Assembly: GCA_028826165.1 (NCBI GenBank) | Contig: JAPDFW010000081.1 | Location: 372,001 to 436,000 of the forward strand | Direction: 5' to 3' | From: Anaeramoeba ignava BMAN | Lineage: Eukaryota; Protista; Anaeramoebae | Length of the DNA: 64,000 nucleotides | Translations under genes and position numbers: made by a program | Shown here: one piece after another, positions 50,497 through 63,632 of the stretch | How positions within the stretch are numbered: position 1 is the stretch's first letter | Layout: every line of letters begins with the position of its first letter | Notes under the pieces: generated by a model | Database searches by the model: none | What the model was told of the DNA's origin: nothing | The model's input: only the letters and a program-made list of their open reading frames with translations

Positions 50497-50800
50497 TTTT
50501 GAAAAAGAAAAAAAATGAAAAATAAAAAAGGAAAAAAAAATTTTGGAATTCATTTCAAAAGGACAAAATTTTTATTTTTTGATTTTGATTTTAATTTCAA
50601 AATTCAAATCATTTGAAAATGGAAAAAAAAAGTATTTGATTTTTGGATTTGATTTTTGGATTTGATTTTTGGATTTAATTTTTGAATTTGATTTTTGAAT
50701 TTAATTTTTGATTTTTAATTTTTAATTTTTGATTTTTGAATTTGATTTTTGGATTTGATTTTTAATTTTTAATTTTTAAATTAATTTAAATTTTGATTTT

Positions 50801-52359
50801 TTAATAAAAATCTTCATCACTATCATCACTCCAATGTTTTCTTTGAATCTATTTAATTTTAAAATTAAAAATTAAAAATTGTTTTGTTTTGTTTTGGAAA
50901 TTTTTAAGTTAAAATAAATCACTTTAACTGTGGTTTCTTTTTTTGTTTGTTTAGTAAACTCTTCAACAAAATCAATTAATTGTTGTTCAGAGATTTGTTG
51001 TCTAATTCCACTTTGAAGGATAAAATTTTCAATTTGTCTTGCATGTTCTGGTCTTACAAGAGCAATTCTGGAAACTTTTTAATTTTTAATTTTGAATTTT
51101 TAATTTTGAATTTTGAATTTTGAATTTTGAATTTTGAATTTTGAATTTTGAATTTTGAATTTTGAATTTTGAATTTTGAATTTTGAATTTTTACGTCTTT
51201 CTCTTGCTTCTGTTGATAAAATTTGTGAAAGAATTGCTTTTCTTTGTTCTTCCATTGCTCTATTTTTTGGAAAGAAAATTAAATTTTTTAAATTGATTGT
51301 TTAAATTGAATTGTTTAAATTGAATTGTTTAAATAGATTGTTTAAATAGATTGTTTAAATAGATTGTTTAAATAGATTGTTTAAATTAAAGTTTTAAATA
51401 GATTGTTTAAATAGATTGTTTAAATAGATTGTTTAAATAGGATTGTTTAAATAGATTGTTTAAATTGGATTGTTTAAATAGATTGTTTAAATTGAACTGT
51501 TTAAATAGAAAGTTTAAATTGATTGTTTAAATTGAATTGTTTAAATAGATTGTTTAAATAGATTGTTTAAATAGATTGTTTAAATTGATTGTTTAAATTG
51601 GATTGTTTAAATAGATTGTTTAAATAGATTGTTTAAATTGATTGTTTAAATTGAATTGTTTAAATAGATTGTTTAAATAAATTTTTTAAATATATTGTTT
51701 AAATTGAATTGTTTAAATAGATTGTTTAAATAGATTGTTTAAATAGATTGTTTAAATTGGATTGTTTAAATAGATTGTTTAAATAGATTGTTTAAATAGA
51801 TTGTTTAAATATATTGTTTAAATATATTGTTTAAATTGAATTGTTTAAATTAAAGTTTTAAATAGATTGTTTAAATAGATTGTTTAAATAGATTGTTTAA
51901 ATTGGATTGTTTAAATAGATTGTTTAAATAGATTGTTTAAATTGGATTGTTTAAATTGGATTGTTTAAATAGATTGTTTAAATAGATTGTTTAAATAGAT
52001 TGTTTAAATTGAATTGTTTAAATAGATTGTTTAAATAGATTGCTTAAATAAATTTTTTAAATAGATTGTTTAAATAGATTGTTTAAATTGAGTTGTTTAA
52101 ATAGATTGTTTAAATTGAATTGTTTAAATTGGATTGTTTAAATTGAAGTTTAAATAGAAAGTTTAAATTGAAGTTTAAATAGATTTTACGCTTGCTTCTT
52201 TTGCATTTCTGCATTATTCTTTTATCAAAATAAAAAAAGCAAAAAAAAATAAGTAAAAAATTTTTTTTAAATTTTATTTTTTTTGGAGTTTCAAAAAACC
52301 TGTTTTTGTTGTTTTTGTTGTTGTTGTTGTTGAAGTTTATTAAGTTCAGATTGTTGCAT
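50801..52359 (-). CDS. PDCD5: Programmed cell death protein 5, 5 small exons (absent from the ORF track)
   Basis: Spliced product contains MEEQRKAILSQILSTEARERLSRIALVRPEHARQIE and ends IQRKHWSDDSDEDFY. Confidence 0.92.
51290..52185. repeat. Intronic 13-bp repeat AAATAGATTGTTT
   Basis: Tandem copies in PDCD5 intron 2. Confidence 0.92.
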
Positions 52360-52508
52360 TTCGAAAAATAAAAGAAAAAGTAAGTAAAAGTAAAAAAGAA
52401 AAAGAGAAAAATAAAAAGAAAAAAAAATGAATTTTGAAAAAATTATAAAAAATTTTTTTCAATTTTTTTTTTCATTTTTTTTTATTCTTTTTTCAATAAA
52501 AAACACAA

Positions 52509-55500
52509 ATGGAACATCGAGCTTTTGAAATTCAATTAATTTCAACAGAAAAATTTAAAATTGAATGTTTAACAACTTATTCAAATAAACTTCTAATTGG
52601 AAAAAGTGATGGAAATGTTATTGTTCATGAAGTTACAAAAGAGCAAAATAAATATGTTTTTTCAAAATCTCAACAATTTTCTTTATCAAACAAACCTATT
52701 TTACAACTTGAAGCTTTACCAAAAATTAATATGATTTTAGCTTTAACCAATCATGTAATTTTTTTTCAATTAATCAAATTAAAATTAAAAATAAAATTAA
52801 AAATAAAATTCATTTATAAAATTAAAATTAAAATTAAAATTAAAATCAAAAATAAAATTCATTTATATAATTAAAATCAAAATCAAAATTAAAATTAAAA
52901 TTAAAATTATAATTATAATTAAAATTAAAATCAAAATTAAAATTAAAATCAAAATCAAAATTAAAATCAAAATCAAAATTAAAATCAAAATTAAAATTAA
53001 AATCAAAATTAAATTTAAAATTAAAATTAAAATCAAAATTAAAATTAAAATCAAAAAATTAAAATTAAAATTAAAATTAAAATTAAAATTAAAATTAAAA
53101 TTAAAATCAAAATTAAAATTAAAATTAAAATTAAAATTAAAATTAAAATTAAAATTAAAATTAAAATTAAAATTAAAATTCATTTATAAAATCAAAATTA
53201 AAATTAAAATTAAAATTAAAATTAAAATTAAAATTAAAATTAAATTTAAAATTAAAATTAAAATTAAAATTAAAATTAAAATCAAAATCAAAATCAAAAT
53301 TAAAATCAAAATCAAAATTAAAATTAAAATCAAAATTAAAATTTAAATTAAAATCAAAATTAAAATCAAAATTAAAATCAAAATTAAAATTAATTTATGA
53401 ATATTTTAGTATGTCAGTATTTTTTCATTAGATGATTTTAAACCACTTTACAAATTGAAACAAACAAAAGGAGCACATTTAATAGCAGTTCATCCAACAA
53501 GTCAACAATATCATTTTGTAGTTGCGATGAAAAAAAAATTAATTACTTTTTATTGGAGTGGAAATAATATTATGACTTCTAAAGATATTACACTTATTGA
53601 TATTCCAAAAACAATGGAATGGATTCAATATCAAGTTTGTATTGGTTTTAAAAAAGGTTATACTATGTTTACTTTAAATAATTTGGAATGTTCTGATTTA
53701 CTTCCTGGTGGAAAAAGTGGAAATCCTTATACAGCAAAAATTTCTGAAAAAGAATGTCTTGTTGGAAGAGATCGTACTTATTTTTTATTAAATTCCAATC
53801 AAATAAATCAAAATTTAAAATTAAAATTAAAATTCATTTATAAAATTAATTTTAATTTTAAAATTTAAAATGAAAATTAAAAATTAAAAATTAAAAATTA
53901 AAATTAAAATTCATTTATAAAATTAAAATTAAAATTAAAATTAAAATTAAAATTAAAATCAAAATTAATATTAAAATTAAAATCAAAATTAAAATTAAAA
54001 TTCATTTATAAAATAAAAATTAAAATTAAAATTAAAATTCATTTTTAAAATTAAAATTCATTTATAAAATTAAAATTAAAATTCATTTATAAAATTAAAA
54101 TTAAAATTCATTTATAAAATTAAAATTAAAATTAAAATTAATATTAATATTAAAAATTAAAATTAAAATTAAAATTCATTTATAAAATTATTTTGAAAAT
54201 TATTTTGAAAATTAGATATTAGTATTTTTTATGATGCAAATCTAAAACCAACAAGACAACATGGAATAGTATGGGGTGATACACCATTAGTAACAACATT
54301 TCATCAACCTTATTTAATTGGAGTATTACCTGAACAAATTGAAATACGAACAATTGATTCAAAAAAATTAGTTCAAAAACTTGCATATCCAGGAATAAAA
54401 ATAATTAGTAATAAAAACAACCTTATATATTTAGCAACAACAAACAGCATTTATCGGATGTATCCTGTGCCACTTATTGAACAGGCAACAATATTAGTTA
54501 AACAGAATGAATATATTGAAGCACTTCAATTATGTGAATTAATTGGACATGATGAAATGGAAAAAGAACAGAAAGATGAAAAAATTCGCGAAATTAAAAC
54601 AAAATTTGCATTTTATTTGTTTCACACAAAACAATTTGCTCATTCAATGGATCTTTTTAAAGAAAGTGAATGTGATGTTCGTTCTGTTATTTCTTTGTTT
54701 TCTAATTTTATTCAAAATGTCATTCAAAATCCACTTCAAGATAATCCATTTCCTGTTCCAAAACTTCAACCTGATGAAGTTGAACAAGCCATTTTGGCTC
54801 TTATTGATTTTTTGACTCAAAAAAGAAGAGATCCTGATGTGAATGAAGATGATTTAACACTTATTGATACTGTTATTGTGAAGGCTTATTTAAAAACCAA
54901 TGCTGCTTTAATTGGATCTTTTCTTAGATTTCCAAATCATTGTGATCTTGAGGAAGGAGAGAGGATTTTAAAGAATAATGTAGAAAATATTTAAAATATT
55001 AAAAATAGAAAATATTAAAAAATATTCAAAAATATTCAAAAATATTCAAAAATATTCAAAAATATTCAAAAATATTCAAAAATATTCATAAATATTCATA
55101 AATATTCAAAAATATTCAAAAATATTAAAAAATATTAAAAAATATTCAAAAATATTCATAAATATTCAAATATATATAAAAATATTCATAAATAAAAATA
55201 TTCAAAATAAAAATATTAAAAAATATTCATAAATATTCAAAAATATTCAAAAATATTCAAAAATATTCATAAATATTCTTAAATATTCAAATATTTTTTA
55301 CTAAAGAGACCAAAAGAATTAATTGAATTATATGCAAGCAAAAAAAAACATAAACAAGCATTAGAACTTTTAGAACAAGAAGAATTCGCAAAAGGAAAAA
55401 TATTCTCAATTGTAAAATACTTGCAATATTTAGGATCAGAAGATCTAGACTTAATATTCAGATACACTGACTTAATCCGTCAAGTTGATCCAGAACAAGT

Positions 55501-56440
55501 TCTTGAAATCTTTACATTTGAGCCAAGTAACGAAAACCCAAGAAATCTTCCAGTTGCTCAAGTAAAAGAATATTTATCATCAAGAACACCAGAAAATGTG
55601 GTTCCATATCTCACACACGTGATCTATGTTAAGAAAGATCAAACACCAGCATTCCACAACGATCTTCTTTTGGGATTGCTTGAAGAAGTTGTTTTATTGA
55701 ATTCAAAAATCAAAATGGAAATTAAAAAGAATCCAGATCAACCTGATTCAAATTTAATGGAATTGAAGAAGAAATATTTCCAATTAAGAAAGAAAATGTA
55801 TAATTTTCTTGAGGACTCGAAATTTTATACACCAGAAAAAATGCTTTCAAGATTTCCACAAGATGATTTATTTGAGGAAAAAGCATTACTTTTAAGTAGA
55901 TTAAATCAACATGAAAAAGCACTTGAAATTTACATTCATAATTTGGATAACTTTGAGAAAGCTGAGGAATATTGCCAGAAATATTACAGTCAAGAAGGTG
56001 AATCTGAGAAGGTTTATTTCTATTTACTCAAACAGTATTTAGCGCCTCTTAAAAGCGAACCAAACATCCAAAAATCTTTTGAAATTCTCAATCGGTATCA
56101 CCAGAAAATCAATCCTGAACAAGTATTCGCAATTCTGCCCAAAGATTTGTATCTGCTTGATTTGTACCCATATATTGATTCAGTCATGAATGAGAAAATC
56201 AATTCAAAAAGAACTTATGAAATTACTAAAAATCTTCTTAAAGCAGAAATCATGAATTTTAACACAAAATTAGTTCAAGCTAAAAGTAGATATGTTCGCA
56301 TTCAAGAAAATACTAAATGCTGTTTTTGTGATAAACGTATCGCTTCTTCCGCTTTTTCTGTTTATCCTAATGGAGATTTGGTTCATTTCGGTTGCAAAAA
56401 AGATTATGAAGAAAAAATTGAAAAAGAGAAAAATTTTTGA
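52509..56440 (+). CDS. VPS39: Vps39/Vam6 (HOPS; TGFBRAP1 family), 4 exons
   Basis: CNH-like N-terminus, IDTVIVKAYL..LRFPNHC, EEKALLLSRLNQHEKAL clathrin-like repeat, C-terminal CCFCDKRI..AFSVYPNG..VHFGC. Confidence 0.9.
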
Positions 56441-56528
56441 CACTTTTTTTTTTAAAATCATTTTTTAAATCAAAAAATTAAAAAATCATTTTTTTCATTT
56501 TCATTTTTTTCAATTTAAAAAAGAAAAA

Positions 56529-57428
56529 ATGTCTTTTGAAATTAATTGGGAAAAGGTTAATAATCCAGAACAAACTAGAAAAACACATGAAAAATTATCT
56601 GAAAAAATGAAATCTTTACAAAAACCTGATTTTCTTGGAGAAATTAATATTTCTTCATTAAAGTAAATAAATAAATAAAAATATTTATTTATATTTAAAA
56701 ATTTTCAAATTGAAATTCAAAAAAAATTAATTTGGATGTTTTTTATAAGATTTGGTGAAAAACCTAAAATTAGATTTCTTGGAATTATAAATACTCCTGA
56801 AAATGTTAAAAAAAGAATAATCGAACAAACAGAAAATTCTTTAGAGATGAAGAAAAATATTTCACAAATTATGAATAAAGTAGAAAATATTAAATTGAAA
56901 AATATTAAATTGAAAAATATTAAATTGAAAAATATTAAATTGAAAAATATTAAATTGAAAAATATTAAATTGAAAAATATTAAATTGAAAAATATTTTTT
57001 GACAGTTTTTCCAAAAATTTCAAAAAGAAATTAAACCAATTGATTTTGTTCTTCAAGTTTCAGCAGATTTATCAAATGTTATAGAATTCACAATAGAAAC
57101 TGAACTTGTTGTCAATTGGCCAACTCCTAAATTCATTTCACTTCCAATAAAATTAACTGTGAAAAATATTGGAATGAAATCAATTATAAATGTTGTTGTT
57201 TTTAATGAAAAAATGGGTATTTATTTAGATTCAGATGAAGATGCAAATAAAAAACCATTAGAAATGGAAATTCAAGCAGCTATTGGAGATCAATCAAAAG
57301 GAGTTTTACAAAATTTAGAAAAAGTTCAAAATTTTATGGTTGAAGCAATTAATACAATTATTAAAGATAAATTTGTATTTCCAAATATATTTTTATTTGA
57401 TGAAATTATTAGTGAGAAAATGAAATGA
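56529..57428 (+). CDS. MDM12: SMP-domain ERMES subunit, Mdm12-like, 3 exons
   Basis: MSFEINWEK start, KPDFLGEI, ELVVNWPTPKFISLPIKLTV, AAIGDQSKGVLQNLEKVQNF and FVFPN resemble fungal Mdm12. No TM segment. Confidence 0.85.
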
Positions 57429-57525
57429 AAAATTTTGGGAAATTTCTTTTTTTTGTTTTTATTTTCCTTTTAAAAAAAAATTTGAATTGAAATTGAAATT
57501 GAAATTGAAATTGAAAAAAAAAAAC

Positions 57526-60500
57526 TCAAATTAATTCTTTTGCTTTTTTAATCATCTCTTCAATATCAAATTGGTTGTTTTTATTGAGCCAATTCATTGA
57601 TTTTTGAACAAGTAAATTCCATTCCACTTTTTTATCATCAAATTTAACTTGCAAAAAAGCAATAACCAAAACAGTCATCCAAACATCTTCAGGAACATTA
57701 CCAGGTTTCTCCTTAAGCAGTTTATCTTTATCACCAAGAAGCGAATACAAATCTTTAGAAGGAGACCAAGATCCATTAGCATCTTGCATTCCAATAATCT
57801 TATCCATTAATTTTGGATCAACTAAATTTGCCAGTTCAACTTTTTGAATTTCTTTTTTGCTTTCTTCTTGTTTTTTCTGTTGTTGTTCTTGCAGTTTCTT
57901 GATTTTTTCTATTCTTTTTTTCTGTGATTCAGTTAATTCAGCTTCTTGTCTTTTAATTTGGGGTTGAGAATTAGAATTAGAATTAGAATCGCCTCTCATT
58001 CTCAAAACAAGATGCAAAGTGGATTCTTTTTGTACATTATAATCTGCAAGACTTCTTCCCGATTCGAGTTGTCTGCCTGCAAAAACAAGTCTGATTTGGT
58101 CTGTAGGAATTCCTTCTTTGTCTTGAATTTGCTGTTTAACTTCATCAACAGAGTCTGAAGGATCAAAACTGAAAGTGATTGTTTTTCCAGTTAAAGTCTT
58201 AACAAAACCTTGAGTTGATCCGCCACCAACATATCCGTTATTTTGGGAATTATTGTATGTGCGAGGAACATATGGTTTGTAGATGGGAACTCTTTTAAGA
58301 GCCATTTCTTCTTGCGAAGTTTTGTCCTCATTTTCAACAACAGCAACAAAACTAGTAAAAGGTGTCACCATATCATTTGCCAATCCAAGTGAAAGAATTT
58401 CTTTATCCACAATTTCTTGAGTAGCTCCATCAATCAAAGCGCCATCGCTGGTGTGGTGTTTGCTGTTTTTGTTCTGGAGATCGTTGATCATTTGCTTGGC
58501 GACAATATATTGAATTGATCTATTGTGGATCGCACTTGATTTTGGATCGAGCTTGATGCTCCACGAAACTGGCTTTCCATCAGGATCATTTGCTGCAAGA
58601 ACAAGTTCGCCTGGAGTGTCGTCTTGAAGTATTGCGTATATAGTGTAAGTCATATCTGGCGTGATTTGGTAGAGATGATGAGGAGATACAAAAACAGGTT
58701 CTTTCATGTTTTTCCATTCAAGATGAATATTTGAATACAATCCTGTAAACGCGCTCGCAAGTTGTCTCATAACCTTGGAGCGGATATCCTCGTTTCCAAT
58801 AATAAATTCATATTGACCGTTGCCGAGTTTGGCGATTCCTTCAACAAGTTCTCGAGAAACACCGTCTCCAATTCCGAAAGTGAAAAAAGTGGAATTTGAT
58901 GCGTTCTGTTTGACTAATGATAAGACCTGCTCAGTATTCATCACAGCACCATCTGTAAGAACAAAGACCAATCTGGGATAGTCTTTCAAAGGGGGTTTTG
59001 AAAGGATGTGTCTGAGAGGCGCAAGTAGTTCAGTTCCTCCGAGATTTGCATCAAGTATCTCGTTTTTCTCTTTTGCAATCTTCAGGTTTTTGTTGTTATA
59101 TTTAACGCTCCCATCTTTGAAAAGGATTTCGTAATTGCTTCCAAAGCCAATTACATTGAATAAACAAGATTCAGGGATGGAATGAAGTAAGATATTCATC
59201 GTTTCTTTCACAGCTTGTATTCGGCTCCCCATCATCGAACCCGAGCGATCCAGCAGGAAAATCAACTCCGCCTTTTTCATTTCTGTGGTTTTTTCTGGGA
59301 TAAACTTGCAAATGGTTGAGTATGTGTTGTTGTAACATCCAATGATTGCTTTTTGATTTTTTGGATCATCTGTTTCAATTTCAAGTACAAAATCTTTTCC
59401 GAAATCAGAGTCTTCAAATTTGAAGTGGAAATCAGCGTTTTTGTCTTGGATAGATGATTTGATTTCGTGTGTTGTGGAGACAATATTTTTTATTGTGCTA
59501 TTTGTTGATATTTTTCCTTTGATTTGAATTCCATAAAGATATTCTTGATTTTCATCTTCAAAAATATTTGCTTTATTTGAAATGTAAACTGGATTGATTA
59601 TTTCTGAGTGTTTCATATCATTAGCGTCGAAATCCACTGGGAGATATCTTGGGATTATTGTTGTTGGAATGAAAAGTTGGGATTTGTTTAATTCTTTTGA
59701 GCGGAGTTCAGTTACGTATTTGATTTTGATTACGCATTGACTTTTTGGAAGGAGATTTCCAATATCTGTTGAAAGCACTTCTCTTGATTTTTGGCTTACT
59801 ACGACACTTTTTTTTTTAAAATTGAATTAAAATTAATATAAAATTGATTTAAAATTTTTTCGATTTGATTTAAAATTGATATAAAATTGATATAAAATTT
59901 GATTTAAAATTGATATAAAATTGATTTAAAATTAATTTAAAATTAATATAAAATTGATATAAAATTGATATAAAATTGATATAAAATTGATATAAAATTG
60001 ATATAAAATTAATATAAAATTGATTTAAAATTTTTTCGATTTGATTTAAAATTGATATAAAATTAATTTAAAATTGATTTAAAATTGATTTAAAATTGAT
60101 TTAAAATTGATTTAAAATTGATTTAAAATTGATTTAAAATTGATTTAAAATTGATATAAAATTGATATAAAATTGATTTAAAATTGATATAAAATTAATA
60201 TAAAATTGATTTAAAATTGATTTAAAATTGATATAAAATTGATTTAAAATTGATATAAAATTGATATAAAATTGATATAAAATTGATTTAAAATTGATTT
60301 AAAATTGATATAAAATTGATTTAAAATTGATTTAAAATTGATTTAAAATTAATATAAAATTGATTTAAAATTAATTTAAAATTGATTTAAAAATTAATAT
60401 AAAATTGATATAAAATTAATATAAAAATTGATATAAAATTGATATAAAATTGATATAAAATTAATATAAAATTAATATAAAATTGATTTAAAATTGATTT

Positions 60501-62903
60501 AAAAATTAATATAAAATTGATTTAAAATTGATTTAAAATTGATATAAAATTGATTTAAAATTGATATAAAATTGATATAAAATTGATATAAAATTAATAT
60601 AAAATTAGTATAAAATTGATTTAAATTTTGATATAAAAATTGATATAAAATTGATATAAAATTGATATAAAATTGATTTAAAATTGATTTAAAATTAATA
60701 TAAAATTAATATAAAATTGATTTAAAAAATATAAAATTAAATATAAAATTGATATAAAATTGATTTAAAATTGATTTAAAATTGATATAAAATTGATATA
60801 AAATTAATTTAAAATTGATTTAAAATTGATTTAAAATTGATTTAAAATTGATATAAAATTGATATAAAAATTGATTTAAAAATTGATATGATAAAAATTG
60901 ATTTAAAATTGATTTAAAATTGATTTAAAATTGATTTAAAATTGATTTAAAATTGATTTAAAATTGATATAAAATTGATTTAAAATTGATTTAAAATTGA
61001 TTTAAAAATTAATATAAAATTGATATAAAATTGATTTAAAATTGATATAAAATTAATTTAAAATTGATTTAAAATTGATTTAAAAATTGATTTAAAATTG
61101 ATTTAAAATTGATTTAAAATTGATATATAAAAATTGATATAAAATTGATATAAAAATTGATTTAAAATTAAATTAAAATTAATATAAAATTAATATAAAA
61201 TTGATATAAAATGATATAAAATTGATATAAAATTGATTTAAAATTGAATAAAAATTGATATAAAATTAATATAAAATTGATTTAAAATTGATATAAAAAT
61301 TGATTTAAAATTGATATAAAATTGATATAAAATTGATATAAAATTAATTTAAAATTGATTTAAAATTGATTTAAAATTGATTTAAAATTGATATAAAATT
61401 GATTTAAAATTGATTTAAAATTGATTTAAAATTGATTTAAAATTGATTTAAAATTGATTTAAAATTGATATAAAATTGATATAAAATTGATATAAAATTG
61501 ATTTAAAATTAAATTAAAATTAATATAAAATTAAATATAAAATTGATATAAAATTGATATAAAATTAATTTAAAATTGATTTAAAATTGATTTAAAATTA
61601 ATATAGAATTGATATAAAATTGATATAAAATTGATATAAATTTGATTTAAAATTGATTTAAAATTGATATAAAATTGATATAAAATTAATATAAAAATTG
61701 ATATAAAATTGATTTAAAATTGATTTAAAATTGATTTAAAATTGATATAAAATTTTTCGATTTGATTTAAAATTGATATAAAATTAATATAAAATTGATA
61801 TAAAATTAATATAAAAATTGATTTAAAATTGATTTAAAATTAATATAAAAATATATAAAATTGATATAAAATTAATTTAAAATTGATTTAAAATTAATAT
61901 AAAATTGATATAAAATTGATATAAAATTGATATAAAATTGATTTAAAATTGATTTAAAATTGATTTAAAATTGATTTAAAATTGATATAAAATTGATATA
62001 AAATTGATATAAAATTGATTTAAAAATTGATATAAAATTGATATAAAATTAATTTAAAATTAATATAAAATTGATTTAAAATTGATTTAAAATTGATATA
62101 AAAATTGATTTAAAATTGATTTAAAATTGATATAAAATTGATATAAAATTGATTTAAAATTGATTTAAAATTAATATAAAATTGATTTAAAATTAATATA
62201 AAATTGATTTAAAATTGATTTTAAAATTGAATTAAAAATTGATATAAAATTGATTTAAAATTGATATAAAATTGATATAAAATTGATATAAAATTGATAT
62301 AAAATTGATTTAAAATTGATTTAAAATTGATTTAAAATTGATTTAAAATTGATATAAAATTGATTTAAAATTGATATAAAATTAATATAAAATTGATATA
62401 AAATTGATTTAAAATTAATATAAAATTGATATAAAATTGATATAAAATTGATATAAAATTGATATAAAATTGATTTAAAATTAATTTAAAATTGATTTAA
62501 AATTAATATAAAATTAATATAAAATTGATTTAAAATTGATATAAAATTAATATAAAATTGATATAAAATTGATATAAAATTGATATAAAATTAATTTAAA
62601 ATTGATATAAAATTACCCTGTATTGCCAATAGAAATCGCATCTTGATAAATATTTTGAGCTTTTTCTTTTTCTTTTATTTTTGCAACAACATGTTTTTCA
62701 TTCAAATAAACTTCCAAACCACAAACAGAACAATTAGAATCAACTGGGAAAACAAAAACAGATTCAAGAGGAGAATCATCATCATTAAAATATTTTTGAA
62801 CCACAGTTACCAAAGCACTTGAATCAGAAATTTCAGTTGAGTAAGTAGTATTAATTAAAGGAATCGGAATTGAGGAATTTTTTTCATAAAGACCAATTTG
62901 CAT
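57526..62903 (-). CDS. VWA5A-like VIT plus vWA protein with internal ubiquitin-like domain, 2 exons
   Basis: VIT ([26 protein letters not shown]), MIDAS DRSGSM, LGGTE, LTDG, QDANGSW. Intron 59807-62616. Confidence 0.92.
59820..62610. repeat. Intronic 11-bp repeat AAAATTGATTT / AAAATTGATAT
   Basis: About 2.8 kb of tandem copies. Confidence 0.93.
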
Positions 62904-63226
62904 TTTTTTGGATTTAAATTAAATTTTTTGATTTAATTTTGTTTTTTTTAAAAAATAAAAAAATAAAAAAAAGATAAAAAAATAAAAGTGAATTTCTTAT
63001 TTTTTTTTCTGTTTTTTTTGCTTTTAATCTTATCTAATGAATTGTTATTTATTGTCCAAATTCTCTTTTTATTAAATAAAATAAATATTTTAATCAAAAA
63101 AAAGAGAAAAAAAATAAAAATTACTAATTATTATATAAAAATTATTAATTAAATAAAAAAAAAATAAAAAAAATAAAAATCAAAAATTTTCATTTTTTTT
63201 TTCTTTTCTTCATTCCAAAATCTAAA

Positions 63227-63632
63227 ATGAGTTCGAAAGTAATACATATTCATTCGGAAAAAGATCTTGAGGATTACCTAAACACACCTGATAAGTTAGT
63301 AATACTTGACTGGTCTGCCTCATGGTGTAAGATTTCTTAATCTCAAAGAGAGAAGAAATCAAGATGAAAATAACGATAATAAATAAATATTTAATAAAGG
63401 TGGTCCATGCGTTATGATTGCGCCTCATTATGACACTTTAAGTCTTGAATATCCGAATGCGATTTTCCTTCATATTGATGTAGAAGAATTGAGACAATGT
63501 TCTGAACGTTATTTTATAAGAGCAATGCCTACTTTTATGTTTTTTAAAAATAAAACTAAAGTTGGTGAATTTAAAGGTGCTGATCTTAATTCTTTAAAAC
63601 GTTTTATTCAGGAGAATTATACAGAAGCTACT
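63227..63632 (+). CDS. Thioredoxin-domain protein, first two exons (probably continues beyond window)
   Basis: Intron 63327-63399 splits the first Cys codon and its removal restores WCGPC. AMPTFMFFKN..GAD follows. Probable donor GTTTGT at 63633. Confidence 0.88.
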
